A stretch of DNA of 63,611 nucleotides, filler included, from Sphacelaria rigidula (taxonomy: Eukaryota): NCBI GenBank assembly GCA_964200075.2. It is 5 parts of 5 records of this genome, joined end to end, with 100 filler letters (N's around TTAATTAATTAA, not from the genome) between each part and the next. Parts side by side here need not be neighbours in the genome. Positions count along the whole stretch, not along the records: positions 12,745 to 25,387 come from CAXNAA020003542.1; positions 25,488 to 38,129 come from CAXNAA020003543.1; 3 more parts are not named here. One strand, given 5' to 3'. A model generated the notes under the pieces. It did not search any database. It worked only from the letters and a program-made list of their open reading frames with translations, and was not told the origin of the DNA. Position 1 is the stretch's first letter, and each line of letters starts with the position of its first letter. The position numbers were made by a program, and so were the translations under genes. Of this stretch, positions 12,645 through 26,006 are shown piece by piece.

Positions 12645-12744
12645 NNNNNNNNNNNNNNNNNNNNNNNNNNNNNNNNNNNNNNNNNNNNTTAATTAATTAA
12701 NNNNNNNNNNNNNNNNNNNNNNNNNNNNNNNNNNNNNNNNNNNN
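12645..12744. other. Artificial contig linker (44N + TTAATTAATTAA + 44N)
   Basis: Exact 100-bp structure, repeated four times in the window. Confidence 0.98.
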
Positions 12745-12818
12745 ATCGCTCCGGGAATCGAACCCCCCAACTCAACCATCAGAAGGTTACGAGGTTACCA
12801 ACTGAGCCACCGGGGCGG
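12745..12818 (-). mobile_element. tRNA-derived SINE head
   Basis: Reverse complement reads gccccggtggctcagttggtaacc ... ggttcgattcccgg (Pol III A and B boxes). Similar to the copy at 57008. No clean tRNA cloverleaf. Confidence 0.7.
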
Positions 12819-15800
12819 ACGGGGTTGATGCATGGACCCGAAGATTTTTTCATTTGGTGATTTAACGGCATTTTACTGAAACCTGAAAATTGATTATTGC
12901 CTTTAACTCATGAAAAAAACTCCGTGGGTCCATGCATATATATATATATATATTAATTTTACCCTGTTACTTGTCCATACCAACTTTCAAGGGTCAACTC
13001 TACGTGGTAAATTTCGATTTGGCCTTTCAAAAACCGGGTCGGTGGACATTCGGAACAGTATTTTGCAGGTCGCTCACCGGCCCACGTTTGGTGTTTGTGT
13101 ATTGAAATTTCTGCAGGATCTCGCTAGGTCATAATGAATCAAGCAAAATGGGTCAGGTTGGTATTCATTTAATTTTTTCACTGTTTAGGGAGTTATAGTA
13201 TGGTAACGACCACGTTTTTACGAGAACGCCCAAACCTCTCCCCCCCCAAATTTGAAGTCCCATTTTCTTTTGATTCAGCATGCCTCTGTGGTTCTTCATG
13301 CTATGTTTCAAATCACAATTCTAAAAATTGAGCTGATAAATCGAGATAAGGCCCGAAACGATTGTTTATTTCTCGTCAAAACTCCACTAAATACACGAAA
13401 AAAATGAAAAATAAACAAAAAATAAACGAAAAAATGAAAAAGTTGTTTCCATCATTTAATTATGCGCTAGAGGTTCTCCACACGAAATTTCATAGCACAA
13501 CTTGAAAAAAACTGAGACGCGATATCCAGATCTGGTTCATCTAGTGCCTCTGCTCGTAATATATTGATTTTAGTATAAAAATTATGTGCGCCAAATCTCT
13601 AGATAGATCACGAATTACGTGAAGGTGAGGGTATCTATGGTCTCCCCGTGCTCCAGGGAATACCCACATCAAAAATCGTAATCTGCTGAATGTATCGTTC
13701 GGGGTTTCATATAGATGTCAGAATGGACGCTATCTCCGTACGGTATAGGAATGACTTGGTATGGAGTTTAATCAGCGACAAGACATGGGCCCAAAATCCT
13801 GAGCAGACGGACACCTCCCCCTTGATTAGACGGTTAATACGATACGCTGATCACGGCCCAACTCGTCTGTGTCGATGAGATATGGCTGTGAGAGCTTGAA
13901 TCCGTTTTCAGGCTGGCCCAGCTCGTGCCTGAAAAAATAATAATACCGGGCATGTTTCATGTAAGTCAAACATGAATGTGGGCAGTTTGGATATGTAACT
14001 AATCGAGCTTGATCGGCAGCATCGGGGGATTTCTTTACCGTGCAAATTGCGAGAAAACACGTTGAAAGCCAATCTTCACGTAGTTAGATTGTCAGAGAAA
14101 AATCGAAATCTCGTCGGCGGAGCTATCAACATTTCGGAATTAGTATGCAAAATGCACAGAAAGACCGCTGGTAGTCAGTAGCTTGAAGGATACGATAGGC
14201 TATGACTTGGACTAGTGTATTAAGGGGCCCACGTTCCTGTACAAGCCTGTTCACTTCGCGGTTCACAGTTCCGAACACCTGGAGCTTCGGAAGTAAATGT
14301 ACCACCCATCTATTCACAGAATGAAATAAACGAGGCACCCTATCTCCCGCGGTTCGTCTTCCCCGCCGTGCCAGAGTCCTTCCCATCTCGCAACAAGTGT
14401 GTATTGGCTGATTCCTTGTATCTGTATTTTTGACCGCTCTCTCTTACTTATTACAGTTATTTTTTATTGCCTCCTGACAATGGCAGGCTCAGAGCTGCTT
14501 TTGGGAATTGCAATAATATGAAGTGCTGTGAACAACCGCTTCAGTTGGAGGGCAAGGACTCATGTAGAGTTCGTCAGTACTCGGCAAAAAAACAACTTTG
14601 AACAAAAACCAGTTGTCTCTAACATGCGTATATGGTGTTGTATATCTCCACATATATCACGGGAATAACATGTACACAACCACCAGATTAAGGAACACTG
14701 AGACCCGAAAGCAAGAAAAGCAACGGACTGTCGGCCGAACAAAATGAGCAGAAACAAAAACAACGACGCGCGACTGGGTAACAGTGGATGTATATCGGAT
14801 AACCCGAGGCGGAGCAATAATAGTCAACTATCACACCGAAAAGAAACGAACCCAAACGAATACCAAAGTGACAAAAAAACACCAGCAAAATATTTGCCAA
14901 CGTGTTTTGTTGTTGAGAGGGGGGGGGGGGCGATTGCTAGCTCAACCACGCTACCTACTACCATCCCCTCCCAACCTCACGCCCATGAGTAAGCAACCTA
15001 CTACCATCCCCCGCAGTCTGTAGTCTCCCTCGCAGCGCTAGCTGTAGCGTTTCACCCTCGTCGAGATGGCCACTTGAGTCATTACCTGCCTGATCCTTTC
15101 TAGAAACGCTCCCCGTGCTGGCAGCCCCTCTTCTTCTTTGTCCCCCACGACACTGTCAGCCACCTGGTCGATTAGTCCCTCCCCATAGTTCCTGGGGCAC
15201 CCACATAGCTTTCTACCCCACGGGTGGTGAGTTTGAAGAAACGGTAGTCAAAGGATTCGTGTCCTTAACTAGCGTAGCTTGCTCATTTGCGTGCCTCAGA
15301 TGATGGGGCTGCAGAGCCATCGATATTAGGACTCAGGGCCAGTAGCAGGTCATCGAGGTGTGCTAGCAACTCCTGGCGCTTCGAACAAACCCCGGATGTT
15401 GTGCGTGATATGACTGAGTGGGAAATCGAATGGGGCGGATCCCATTCCATCGCCGTGGTAGCCTCCGGTGTTGGAGAGGGTTCTACGCTTTTCACCGATT
15501 TCCATCTGGAAGGTGATGGCCGCCGACCGTTCCCCGTAGCATCCGATTGCAACGGGCATCAACCCCGGGAAGCGGGTGGGCACGGCTTCCAGGACTGCCG
15601 CTCGCTTTGCGGCGTTTGAGGCTGTTTAAGTTAGATCATTGTATGAAATTGTAACCTTTCTATACTGTCGCAATAGGCTATTTATAACGCCTCTCATTCT
15701 CAGCGAAATTGTAACACATATTCATCGCAAGATTAAGTCTTGCATTCGAACGTGAGCACCAGCGGTAGGTTGCAAACACCTGCAATGGCAACCAATGCTG

Positions 15801-16286
15801 ACCCTGTCACTATAATGCCTGCTTGTGGCGTAAGTTGGGCCCGGCTGGAATGCTCAGACATTGCATCACGTTTACGCTTTGGCACTGTTATTAAAGTGAT
15901 ACTGTCTTGCTGATTACCGATTACCAGAGTGAGGATCGAACGAGACAAAAAAAGCTATCGGCAACGTCGGCGTCAGGTGCTTGTCCGACCAACAGGTACA
16001 CACAAGAATCTATAGTGCGTGGACAGGTGGAAGGAGATAGCAAAAGGATGCACGGCTATCTATGAGTAGAAGTTCAAACCACAACCGAGGGGTCGGTTGT
16101 TAACTACGTCGGCAGGCCATTATCTTGGCAGCGCTTCATAATACGGAATGTTATGTGAAGCAAAGAAATAACTACACAACATCTCCTTTGAATGGTATGA
16201 GTAAAGCATCGGGGGTAGACCATGTCTCGGAAACGGTAAGAGAGTGCAGTAGGAGACGCGATGAGACTAGGCCACGGTCTTGCATC

Positions 16287-16948
16287 ATCGTGCAGCCTCC
16301 ATTTGGGATATCATATGCATTGGGATATCATGTGTATCTGGGATATCATATCCATCTGGGATATCATATCCATCTGTGATATCCATCCGGGATATTGTGT
16401 ACATCTGGGATAGTCATCTGGGATATCGCTGTCCAGCCGCTGCGCCCTGGTGGCCTAATTGATGCCACTGACGAAAGGATTGCTGGCTCGATTCCTGGCG
16501 AGTGCATTTTATTTATTTTTCTGAAAAGCAGTTCCTTCTCCATCGTTGAAAACGTACGCCTGCCTGAGTGGCAAACTTTTTTTTTTGCGACGAGAGTCGA
16601 CGTGGTGTGGGAGTACGGATCCAATCGGGAATACGAAGATGCAAGGCGTTTACCGGGGGAGAGGTAGTTTGGTCCGTACAGACCACGAACTCGTCCCGAG
16701 GAAGGATGGAGATTGATAGTGTGACGACAAATAATGTGGGGTGTCCGTGCGGGATAAGATCATCCATCTGGGATATGGGCATCCTAGATGGATCTTCCAG
16801 ATGGAAATCCCAGGTAGAGATCAACATCCCAGATAGATATCCCACATTGACATCCCAGATAGACATTGATATCCCACACGGATGTCCCGGATCGATAAAA
16901 TATCCCGGGTGGACATCCAACGTGGATATGATATCCCAGATGCACAAT
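16287..16948. mobile_element. Foldback-type element built from inverted arrays of atctgggatat units, interrupted by a SINE
   Basis: The left arm has tandem (c)atctgggatatc units and the right arm has tandem gatatcccagat units. The symmetry centre is near 16780. Confidence 0.7.
16440..16735 (+). mobile_element. tRNA-derived SINE
   Basis: cgccctggtggcctaattg ... ggctcgattcctggcg (A/B-box-like). Its 3' part ctcgtcccgaggaagg resembles that of the copy at 48083. Confidence 0.6.
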
Positions 16949-17699
16949 AAAGCAAGGTGCCAGACTACTGTGGTGAATCATGTCACGGGGCTGTCAGAGG
17001 GAGAGTCCCTGCCGAAGACGAGAGGGGTGATTTTGCCAGCTGTGAGAAGCAGAACTTCAATTCAAAGGGTATGGATTGAATCGTACATACTATGAACGTG
17101 AGCTATGTCTCTCGCCCGCACCACTCGAACTAGGCCACATATCGCGATGCCACCATGCAAATAGACGGGGGAGTCTACAGTCGCAGCAAGTGCTATTGTT
17201 GTCAGGGACCGGGCCATCGTAAGACAGATTGCCCGGGCTGAAAAGCTGGCCAACAAGGGAAACAAGAGTGAGACGACAAGCCGCAGGGGTGCTCACTCCA
17301 TATCTTAACAACGCGCAGCGACGAGACATACCGCGTTCTACAGGAGCAAAGGAGCAGCAGCGCTAATAGTGGCCTGGCTGTCACGCCGTTCCCGCTGCCA
17401 GCGAGCAGACGAGCAAGAAGATTTGCGTAAACTCCTCCAGTCAGTGGTCAGGCTACTCCGCCGTCTGCGATGCGAGCGACCCTCCGCCTGGATGGAGTTC
17501 TGTGGGGCAAGGTATATCGTTCGCCGCTAAGGAAGCGCCGACCAAAGGCGATCGAACGGATGGGGAGAGTCTCTGTCCATTAGCCCCTGCAAATGAGGGG
17601 ATTGCCTTGTTCGACAGCAGTGGGTACTCCTTGTATTCGAAGGTACCAATGGCGAGGACATTGATGAGTCGTCTTGCGGAGTCAAATAACGGCCAGTCG

Positions 17700-20190
17700 A
17701 GGCGCTGGGATTCTGGGGGCCTAGGTAAAAGACGACTGCAAGCGATCAGCAAGACACTAGTTACATTGGCCGGTGCTTTGGCGATGGAGACCATGCTACA
17801 TTATACTGTGTGGCTTTCGGAGGCTCCGAGTATCACAAAACAACGTCGACCAACAGAAACACGGACAACTTAAATATCTGGTGGATTATCAACGCAGAAG
17901 GCCGCTTGAACTACCAGGAGCTAGATGTACCGTGGATGAACACTACTGTTGGGGGACATCAATGGCGGGGTTTGGGTATCGACCGCCCCATGCACATAAG
18001 GCCATTGAACCTACCGTAAGGATGCGGATCAGGGCACCGCTTTGCGCACGTTTTTCATCATTTGGTTCTCATCTTTTTCCGCGCCCCTGTGCGTTCGCAC
18101 CGACCCCTGTGCGAAAGTCGAAATAAATCAGTTGGTTCGTACTTTTCAAGCCCACCCCTTGTGCGATTATTCCTATGCGTGCGACACCGAATAAATCTCA
18201 GAGGGTTGCACCCGCTGTGCGGCCAATAAAAGTAATTTCTTCGTTTCTACACGCACACCGCCACGCCGCCATACACCCGACAGTGGAATGAACCTCGATG
18301 ATATACGGTACCCCGATGCAAGAGTACTGTGATAAACCGTTACAACAGGTGCCCCGGACCCGCGCGGTAGCACGAAACCTCCGATAGTTGGGTTTTCTCG
18401 GGTTTATCGCACCCCTCTGTGTTCGCTCCGCACGGTGCCAGGCCTCCGACCCGTGCCCTGACCAGCATCCTTACGGTATCCGTTGGGAACAGCAATGGCA
18501 GCAGCAGCTACTGCATCTACAACGCGGGGCGTATACTGAGAGCACGAATGTCGTGTCTATCAGGGGGACGTCACGCCTACCTGCTGCGTCATCGGAACAG
18601 CTTCAGCTTCAGAACCACCGGATTCCGTCCAGCGGCAAGCAGCCTGGCGGCGACAAGGACCACAACTACGGGACAGACGACGACGACTTCCTGTACCATA
18701 TTCGTGACCACTCTTCGGTGTTGAATCACCCCGCCAATGTACCTATTGCTCACTTCACCACGGGCGGTCGTTTTAAAAATCCATGAATGTCTGCACTTCT
18801 GGAAAAAACAGCAATACCACCGGGCAGGACATGGTGCACTATGGTGTCCTGGCCCTGGGAGCGCGGCTGCCGGGAGATTCAAGAGCCAACAAATCGCCCC
18901 AGCAGCCCGTGCGATCCCCGCGGGGTGGAGTTCTTGAACAGCCAGAATAGCCAATCTCGCCTGGCGGCGACCTCGTAGAGATACCTCTAGTCGGATCACC
19001 CCCGCACCACTATCGTGGGCACCTGCGCCATAAAGTATCGTCAGCCGGACGCGTAAAGTCAGCGTTTCATGAGGTAGTATAACGCCAACTCCAACTCGAC
19101 CTCCACTCATCCCGCAGAGATCACAAGCGAAAATATGTTAGCCGGGCTCCGGCGGCTGGCAGTCTGCATCAGCGTGGTCCTCTCTGATACCCTGTATCGC
19201 GGATATCGATCGGAGTCTGGTGTGGCGTATAACCGAGGCACGACTTACATCGGAAACAGTTCGGCGGGGGAGAAATCGGAGCAAGTGTTGAATCAGTTCA
19301 AATAGACCACGACCCTGCTGGCCACAGCACACTGGAAAGCGCCCTTCGTACCGGTCGAAAAAATACTAATTAATCGTCGATGGACCTACGTGGTCAAGGC
19401 GATGAATCCTACGGGGGGGAATCGTTGTGTTCAGATGGGGAGAAAATGTATCTGGGGTCGACTGGAGAAGCACTTTCGCTGCGATCCGCAGGCTTCAGAA
19501 TATGTGTACGGCGCTTGCACTAGCCATGAGATACATCCTGGTGTATTAATGTTGTAATTCAACAACAACACCGCTTTTTGTGGCCGCTGAAGTCGAGGAA
19601 GTCTATCCCACAGCGGCATCTGGACACGAGAAATTCGGCCTCGTTTACATACCTTGCCCTCCTTTGAAATGGACCGGTCAGCTTGGACTGACGCTACAAG
19701 GGCTGACCGCTCAAAACACCATGAACACAGAGAGCTTACAGAGAGCTTACAGCCTCAGCGCTAGCCCTGAAGAAGCGGGAATCTGCCCGAGGAATATTTG
19801 CGAGCTGGGTTTCGGTCCGCGGTTCGGCACCATTCCAGCGTACAGGGCCACCAACTCGCCTCCGCACGTCGCCGACCACCAGACCATTAGCTTGCGAGTG
19901 AAAGCGTAGCGTTACGGGACTTCAATATTCAGGGGGAAGTCGAGGAGGGGCGTATCGACATTCATGATGCCAAGACTGAGGGCTTACTTGTCGACATCGG
20001 GACCAAGTGCCCAAACGAGGATAAGCACTCTTATCTTACCAAATTAATCAACGGTTTCCAAGCCTGACGCGAGCTCAGGATCTTTGGTTGTTTCCTGGAG
20101 ATTTTTCGGAAGGGTTATTTTAGCGGGGGAAGTTTCTCGGGTTTTTTTCGAAGATTTCCACCGGGAAGGATTGCATGCACTTGAAGAGGC
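17700..20190 (+). mobile_element. Highly degenerate Ty1/copia LTR retrotransposon (post-integrase to RNase H)
   Basis: Recognisable fragments: SSSYCIYN..TESTNVV (post-integrase SH3-like region), HNYGTDDDDFL, LQGLTAQNTM, ELGFGPRFG and VALRDFNIQGEVEEGRIDIHDAKTEGLLVDIGTK (copia RNase H end). Many stops and frameshifts. Boundaries are approximate. Confidence 0.75.
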
Positions 20191-23100
20191 GTTCGCTCCG
20201 CGGAGAGGCATGCCTTCGTGTGAGCTTGAGAAACATGTTATTCGACGTGAGTCATTCAGATCTCTTGTATGAGTCGTGTTGAGCTGGAGTGTTGAGAAAC
20301 ACATCCGTGCAGCCTACTATGTCGACAATGCTTTACAGTATGGCATGCTTTGCGACGCCAGGGAACAATTGAAAACGGCCTCTCCTTTTGAGGGTGTGCG
20401 TTAACCATCGGAGATCGACCATGTTTCGGAAGAGTCAGAGAGTGCAGTAAGAGATGCGGTGGGATTACTGCTGTTATGGATTGTGTCACGAGAATGTCAG
20501 GGGCAGATGAAGCCCGCTGCACACCTCCGTCACCCTTATTTGGTGTCTGAGCTGCGGGCAATTAGTCGTCCTTAAGCTTGCCTTGCCCCCGAGCGGCACC
20601 TTTTAACATAACATTCCGTCTACCTCCGACATGACGTGTCTGAGAGGTCGGCTTTAGTGCCACCAGCGCCAGCCATTGCAGCTACCCGTGGGTATACCTT
20701 ACGGCAATCTCAACACCAGTAGGACGATACGTGGAAACTAACTTGCAAAAAAATGCACGAGGCAGGCCTTAAGCATTCGCGGTATGCTTTTGTCTCAGCT
20801 TGATATGTTCACTTGAGTGTGTCATCTGCACCTTCTTCTGATACGATCTCGCCGGTTCCCAGCATTGGTGCATCCTATTCTCGGTGTCATCTTCTCAGTG
20901 CCTTTCTTTTTCACCTGTTCTTCTTCCTTCTCGAGTTCCCTTGAGCGAATGCTTCCGTTTTATTCAGGCTGGGAACATCTATCTTGTCAGGACGGCCAGA
21001 TTTCGCGGCGGATTGCATAATGCGAGAAAACTTCTCTATACCGATGACTCTGTTCAATCAAACAAACAGATTTTAAAACTCCTGTCAAAAGGTTTGGAGG
21101 GGACTGTCTTCTGCCCAGAACTACAAACTAGGTGAGCCTCGCTCGTCAGCAAAACTCTGTACTTCTGTGGGCGTGTGAATCACTCAGAACAAGGCGGGGC
21201 GTGAGTTACTTGACTACAATCCGAAGCATATTTGTACGAAAATGCTCGCGTTGGCTGTTGAACTTCGAGGACGCGCGCGCGGGGGGGAGTAATTCATGAC
21301 CTTGCATGCCGTAGTCATAACTCCATTGACAACGTATCTCTACAACGCTGGGACACAACACGCTTGGTTGCGCCGCACCAACGCGGGGAGGGAGGGGCGG
21401 GGGGGGGCGTACTATTTTGCTGACTATTCTCGGGTAAGGTTGGGTTGATTCTCGGTAAAAACGGATGTAAACAACACTTTCATGTCACCTGGAAAATGCG
21501 TGTTTTTCCGTGGTTTCAGATGATGACTGATGTCGATATTTTTCGGTACCCTGTGTTTCTCTGTGTTGTGGCACTGGAGAAGCGGTGATGGTATTTATCT
21601 GCAACAACTATCGGGGAGGTACTTCAGCAAATACTTTCGTATCGATCCGAACGGACAATGCAAAGAAACTACATATCTTCGAGAGAAGGAAAGCATCAGG
21701 CCGAGACGGACTCGGTATCTTTTCTGTTAGAAGGAACAGCTCCGCCACCATATTGTCAACATAGCGGGTAGTCTCATCAAACGACAAGAAATACCGAGTG
21801 CTGAATAACACTGTATGTCCTTTCTGCAAAAACTTTAGATATTACGTGGTTCAGGCCTAGGATTACGCCAGTAGCACTGACGAGTGGGGAGCAAATGCCT
21901 TGGAGTGGCACCTGCAGGGTTTCCGAGCTCAAGATCATTTCTCTTGTTCGTCAGCACGGAGTGAGTGAGTGGTATATAATAGCAGGTAAGCTTCTACTAA
22001 CATATATGCTAACGCTATATCAAGAGCTGTGAACGGCGTTGCAGGGGGGGAGGGGGAGGCGTTGTAGTCGGGGCACCGATCGGGTCCGACGAGTTCGTCT
22101 AGCAAACAAGCAAGCCGGGACGATGGTGAAATTACACGCGTGTACCCGGCAAGCAAACGCAGATGCTGATCGCTTCGAGGCCCAAAGCACTGAGGACCTG
22201 CTTCGTGGAACACGAGGCGGACGTCGACCTGTCGACGTCCAGGGCATTGAAGACCTGCTTCTTGAGGCGCGTGTGAGACACCGACTTGTCGGAGCTAGCC
22301 TGAGCGCGAGCTGACCTCGGAGGACTTTGGACGTTCGAACACGTCATGGAAGTAGCGCACACAGCGGGTGAGCAAACCTTCTTCGACGCCGGCGGTCCCT
22401 CGGAGCATGTGGCGCTCTTCCCTCCCTGCCGGCTTCAGGCCACCACGCCGACCGGTTCCAGGGGAGTAGGCTTCGCCCCAATGGGGAGCAGACGTAGGTC
22501 AGAGTTCTGGTCGTTGTCACCATTGACAATGGCTGATTCGTCGGGGGGCCTGGGGGAGCAGATGAGTGCCAACTTCCCCCGTAGCCAAATAGTCAACTCA
22601 CAGGGGAAGACCTTCCGGGCACTGGCCATACAGGGCGGAGTCAGCGCCGACCGACAAGCGACTGTGCTATCACCAGGCTGGTCATGTGAAACGCGGACGT
22701 ATCGCCACCCACTCCGAGCATTGACCTCCTTGCTGGATTTGACGCGGCGCCGGGTGCTAACTCCATCGTTCACCGGTCAAAATGGGCCAAGTCGTGCACA
22801 AGTCCATTGCTCCGGTACTACTACAGCAGCTAGCCGATCTCTCTCTAGCTGGTTGACCACCAGGCCCGGCTGATATGTTTCGTCGGCGGTGAACATCCGC
22901 TCCTGGGCGATAACTAGGTGTCGCAGCATGACAGGAAACGCGGCGCTGGCGGCTCATAAAGCCCAATCTTACGATGCCGCCAGGACTATCCCGCCGCAAG
23001 AGTACGTACCCATGGAGAGGAGATTCCTCATCATCGAGCCCTACGTGGTCACACGATGTCCGGCACGCAGCGCAACGAACCGCCACCACCCGCCGTGCGC

Positions 23101-23894
23101 GCATCTGTCACCGGGTCGAGCTCCAAGTTAGTCAACACCAACCGCGGGTCCACGCCATGCCAACGCTTTTCAAGCGGCTGGGAGTGAAGACGACGATGGA
23201 GGAAGGTGCGCAAAGCGCACAACACGCCAGTCCGGAACACGTATCCGGCCATCGTCTGTAGCGGTGGAAAGCTTTGGCGCCTTGGTAAACGCGAGGAGAA
23301 CCTACTGGACCAGGTGGCTACGAGCGTAAGGTGGGACGAAGAGAGAGAGGGGCGCGCAGTAAAAGGGAGTCCTGGAAAGGAGCAGGAAGATGATTTCGGT
23401 GATGACGGGGGTCGCCATATCGAGGAGGGTCCAACGCTACCGTTTGGCGCTTCGAGGGACATAAGAGGTTGCTAGAGATAGCCTCCACCGGCGAGGGTGA
23501 GGTTGGGGTCCAGCGGCAGTGTACCTATCCTCACCCCCACCCCCCTCTCACCTCTACACTCTTGGGTTGGCGTCGAGTGGCAACGGCGCTGTAAAACAAG
23601 CCACCAAAACCTGGACAAATGTACAGACTCTCACCGTACACATACCGGGGACCGCCACTAGACGAATAAAGTCCACGACCGACGGACACAACATTAAAAG
23701 AATTGAACAACCCAATGATTTCCCCCCAGAAACACACAATGCGGATATAGACATTATGTACCGAAGATAGGCTATTTTCCCTATTCTACTTCCTTTTCTT
23801 TAATCGTTCTGTTTTTTCTTCCTTCGTAATATGTTCCTCCTTTTCTTTCTCTACATTTCTCACTTTTCCGTTTTTTGTTCTATCTTTTCCACCT

Positions 23895-25055
23895 CCTATA
23901 ACACAGCCCGGATACAGACATAAAATATAGAAGCTCACTCTCCCTTCTCTCTAAGCTGCCATAACACAGCCCGGATATAGACATGAAATAGAAAAGCTGA
24001 CCCCTCTTTTTATTTGACCCACCATGACACAGCCCGGATATAGACATGAAATAGAGAAGCTGGCCCTCTTTTTTCCTCAACCTACCATAACACAGCCCGG
24101 ACATAGACATGGAATAGAGAGCCAACCCTCCTTTTTCTTTAAACTACCATAATACAGCCCGGACGTAGACATGAAATAGAGCAGCTAACCCTCCTTTTTC
24201 TTTAACCTACTATAACACAGCCCGGACATATACATGAAATAGAAAAACTGATCCCCCTGTTTATTTAACCTACCATAATACAGCCGGGACATAGACATGA
24301 AATAGAGAAGCTAACCCTCCTTTCTATTGAACCTACCACAACACAGACCGGACATAAACAAGAAAAGAAGAAGCTAACCCTCCTTTCTATTGAACCTACC
24401 ATAACGCAGGCCGGACATAGACATGAAATAGAGAAGCTAGCCCTCCTTTTTCTTCAACCGACCATAACACAGCCCGGACATGAACAAGAAAAGAAGAAGC
24501 TAACCCTCCCTTTCTATTTAATCTACCATAACACAGCCCGGACATGGACATAAAATGAAGAAGCTAACCCTCCTTTCTATTGAACCTACCATAACACAGC
24601 CAGGACATAGACATGAAATAGAGAAGCTAGCCCTCCTTTTCCTTCAAACGACCATAACACAGCCCGGACATAGACATGAAATAGAGAAGCTAGCCCTCCT
24701 TTTCATTTAATCTACCATAACACAGCCTGGATATGGACATGAAAGGAAGAAGCTGACCCTCCTTTTCATTCAACCTATCATGAGACAGCCCGGACGTAGA
24801 CATGAAATAGAGAAGCTAACCCTCCTTTTCATTTAACCTACCATAGCACAGCCCGGACATCGACATGAAATACAGAAGCCGACACTCCTTTTCATGTACC
24901 CGACCATAACACAGCCCGGATATAGACATGGAATAGAGCAGCTGGCCTACTTTTTTCTTCAACCTACCATAACATAGACCGGACATAGACATGGAAGAGA
25001 GAAGCTAACCCTCCTTTTCATTTAACCCACCATAACACAGCCCAAACATGAACGT
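23895..25055. repeat. 63-bp minisatellite, ~18-19 copies
   Basis: Consensus ctaccataacacagcccggacatagacatgaaatagagaagctaaccctccttttcatttaac, recurring with a 63-bp period. Confidence 0.95.
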
Positions 25056-25387
25056 GGAATCGCGAAAATAACAGATCTACTGTTTCATATAATGTCGGAA
25101 AACAACCGAGATTCTCCCCCCCAACATCAAAACAAACGTAAGACAATAATAAATCCAAAACCTAGACATGTAAACAACAGCGTGAAGGTTGACCACTTTA
25201 CATGCAAATCAAAAGCACCGAAGATATAACCAGTACGGATAGGGTAGGATCATCACCCCGCCCATGTCAAATTCACGTGGAGGTTGGGGTCTCGTGGTGA
25301 GATACCCGTAAAACCTTACCGGTTTCCATTGGGCGGTGGAAGTCTGGTCAGCCATTTCCAGAAATTCTCAACATTAGGTGCAAAAAG

Positions 25388-25487
25388 NNNNNNNNNNNNN
25401 NNNNNNNNNNNNNNNNNNNNNNNNNNNNNNNTTAATTAATTAANNNNNNNNNNNNNNNNNNNNNNNNNNNNNNNNNNNNNNNNNNNN
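25388..25487. other. Artificial contig linker
   Basis: 44N + TTAATTAATTAA + 44N. Confidence 0.98.
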
Positions 25488-25490
25488 GAC

Positions 25491-25521
<31 letters not shown>

Positions 25522-25582
25522 GCACCGTCTCGAAAGGACTGCGGGGTCAATGGTCAAATGACTAAGGCAAGCAAAAAATGGG
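25522..25582 (+). mobile_element. 3' tail fragment of the non-LTR retrotransposon family at 48343-50790
   Basis: cgtctcgaaagg...ggtcaatggtc...gactaaggcaagcaa, flanked by C-runs on both sides. Confidence 0.8.
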
Positions 25583-25678
25583 TACCCCCCCCCCCCCCCC
25601 GTTGCCTTCATGTTGCCCCTCCACAAACAACCTTCTTTCTTCATTTTGCTGTTCCTCCGTACTGTACTCTTGTTGTAG

Positions 25679-25807
25679 GTGCCGGATATGAATCCTTTGA
25701 AGACAACACGACTGTGGGCGGTGCGTGTGGGTCAGGCTTGGGTACGGAGGCCGCACATGCGATTGGCCCGAACGACTGCTGACGCGGAAATATCCTGGGG
25801 GGCAAAG
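25679..25807 (+). CDS. Putative upstream exon of the MFS transporter gene (VPDMNPLK...SWGAK)
   Basis: Pyrimidine tract plus ttgtag| acceptor, and aag|gtatga donor. 129 nt open, phase 0/0, compatible with the exon at 27961. No homology evidence. Confidence 0.45.
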
Positions 25808-26006
25808 GTATGAATTGCTTGATTCGATTATTCGATTTGATTGATCGATTGTCGCGTTTTAACTGACCCCTCAGGGAATCCAGCCGTCGTCCCATGATGG
25901 ACGTACCCGAAAAAAAACAAAACTAGAACACTCGCTGCACAAAAAAAGAGGAAACAGAAAAATTGAACAGAAGTAGACTAAGAAAATAAAATAATGTATA
26001 AACATA

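Noticed and set aside
12745-12818. Functional tRNA genes here and at 16440, 48083 and 57008
   Set aside because: A/B boxes are present, but no consistent acceptor or anticodon stems. The copies are diverged and, where visible, followed by SINE-like bodies.
23895-25055. CRISPR array (period resembles repeat plus spacer)
   Set aside because: The variable part is homologous between units, so this is a plain tandem repeat.
25432-25644. ORFs containing X runs and ending LIN (also 38174-38554)
   Set aside because: They cross synthetic N linkers.
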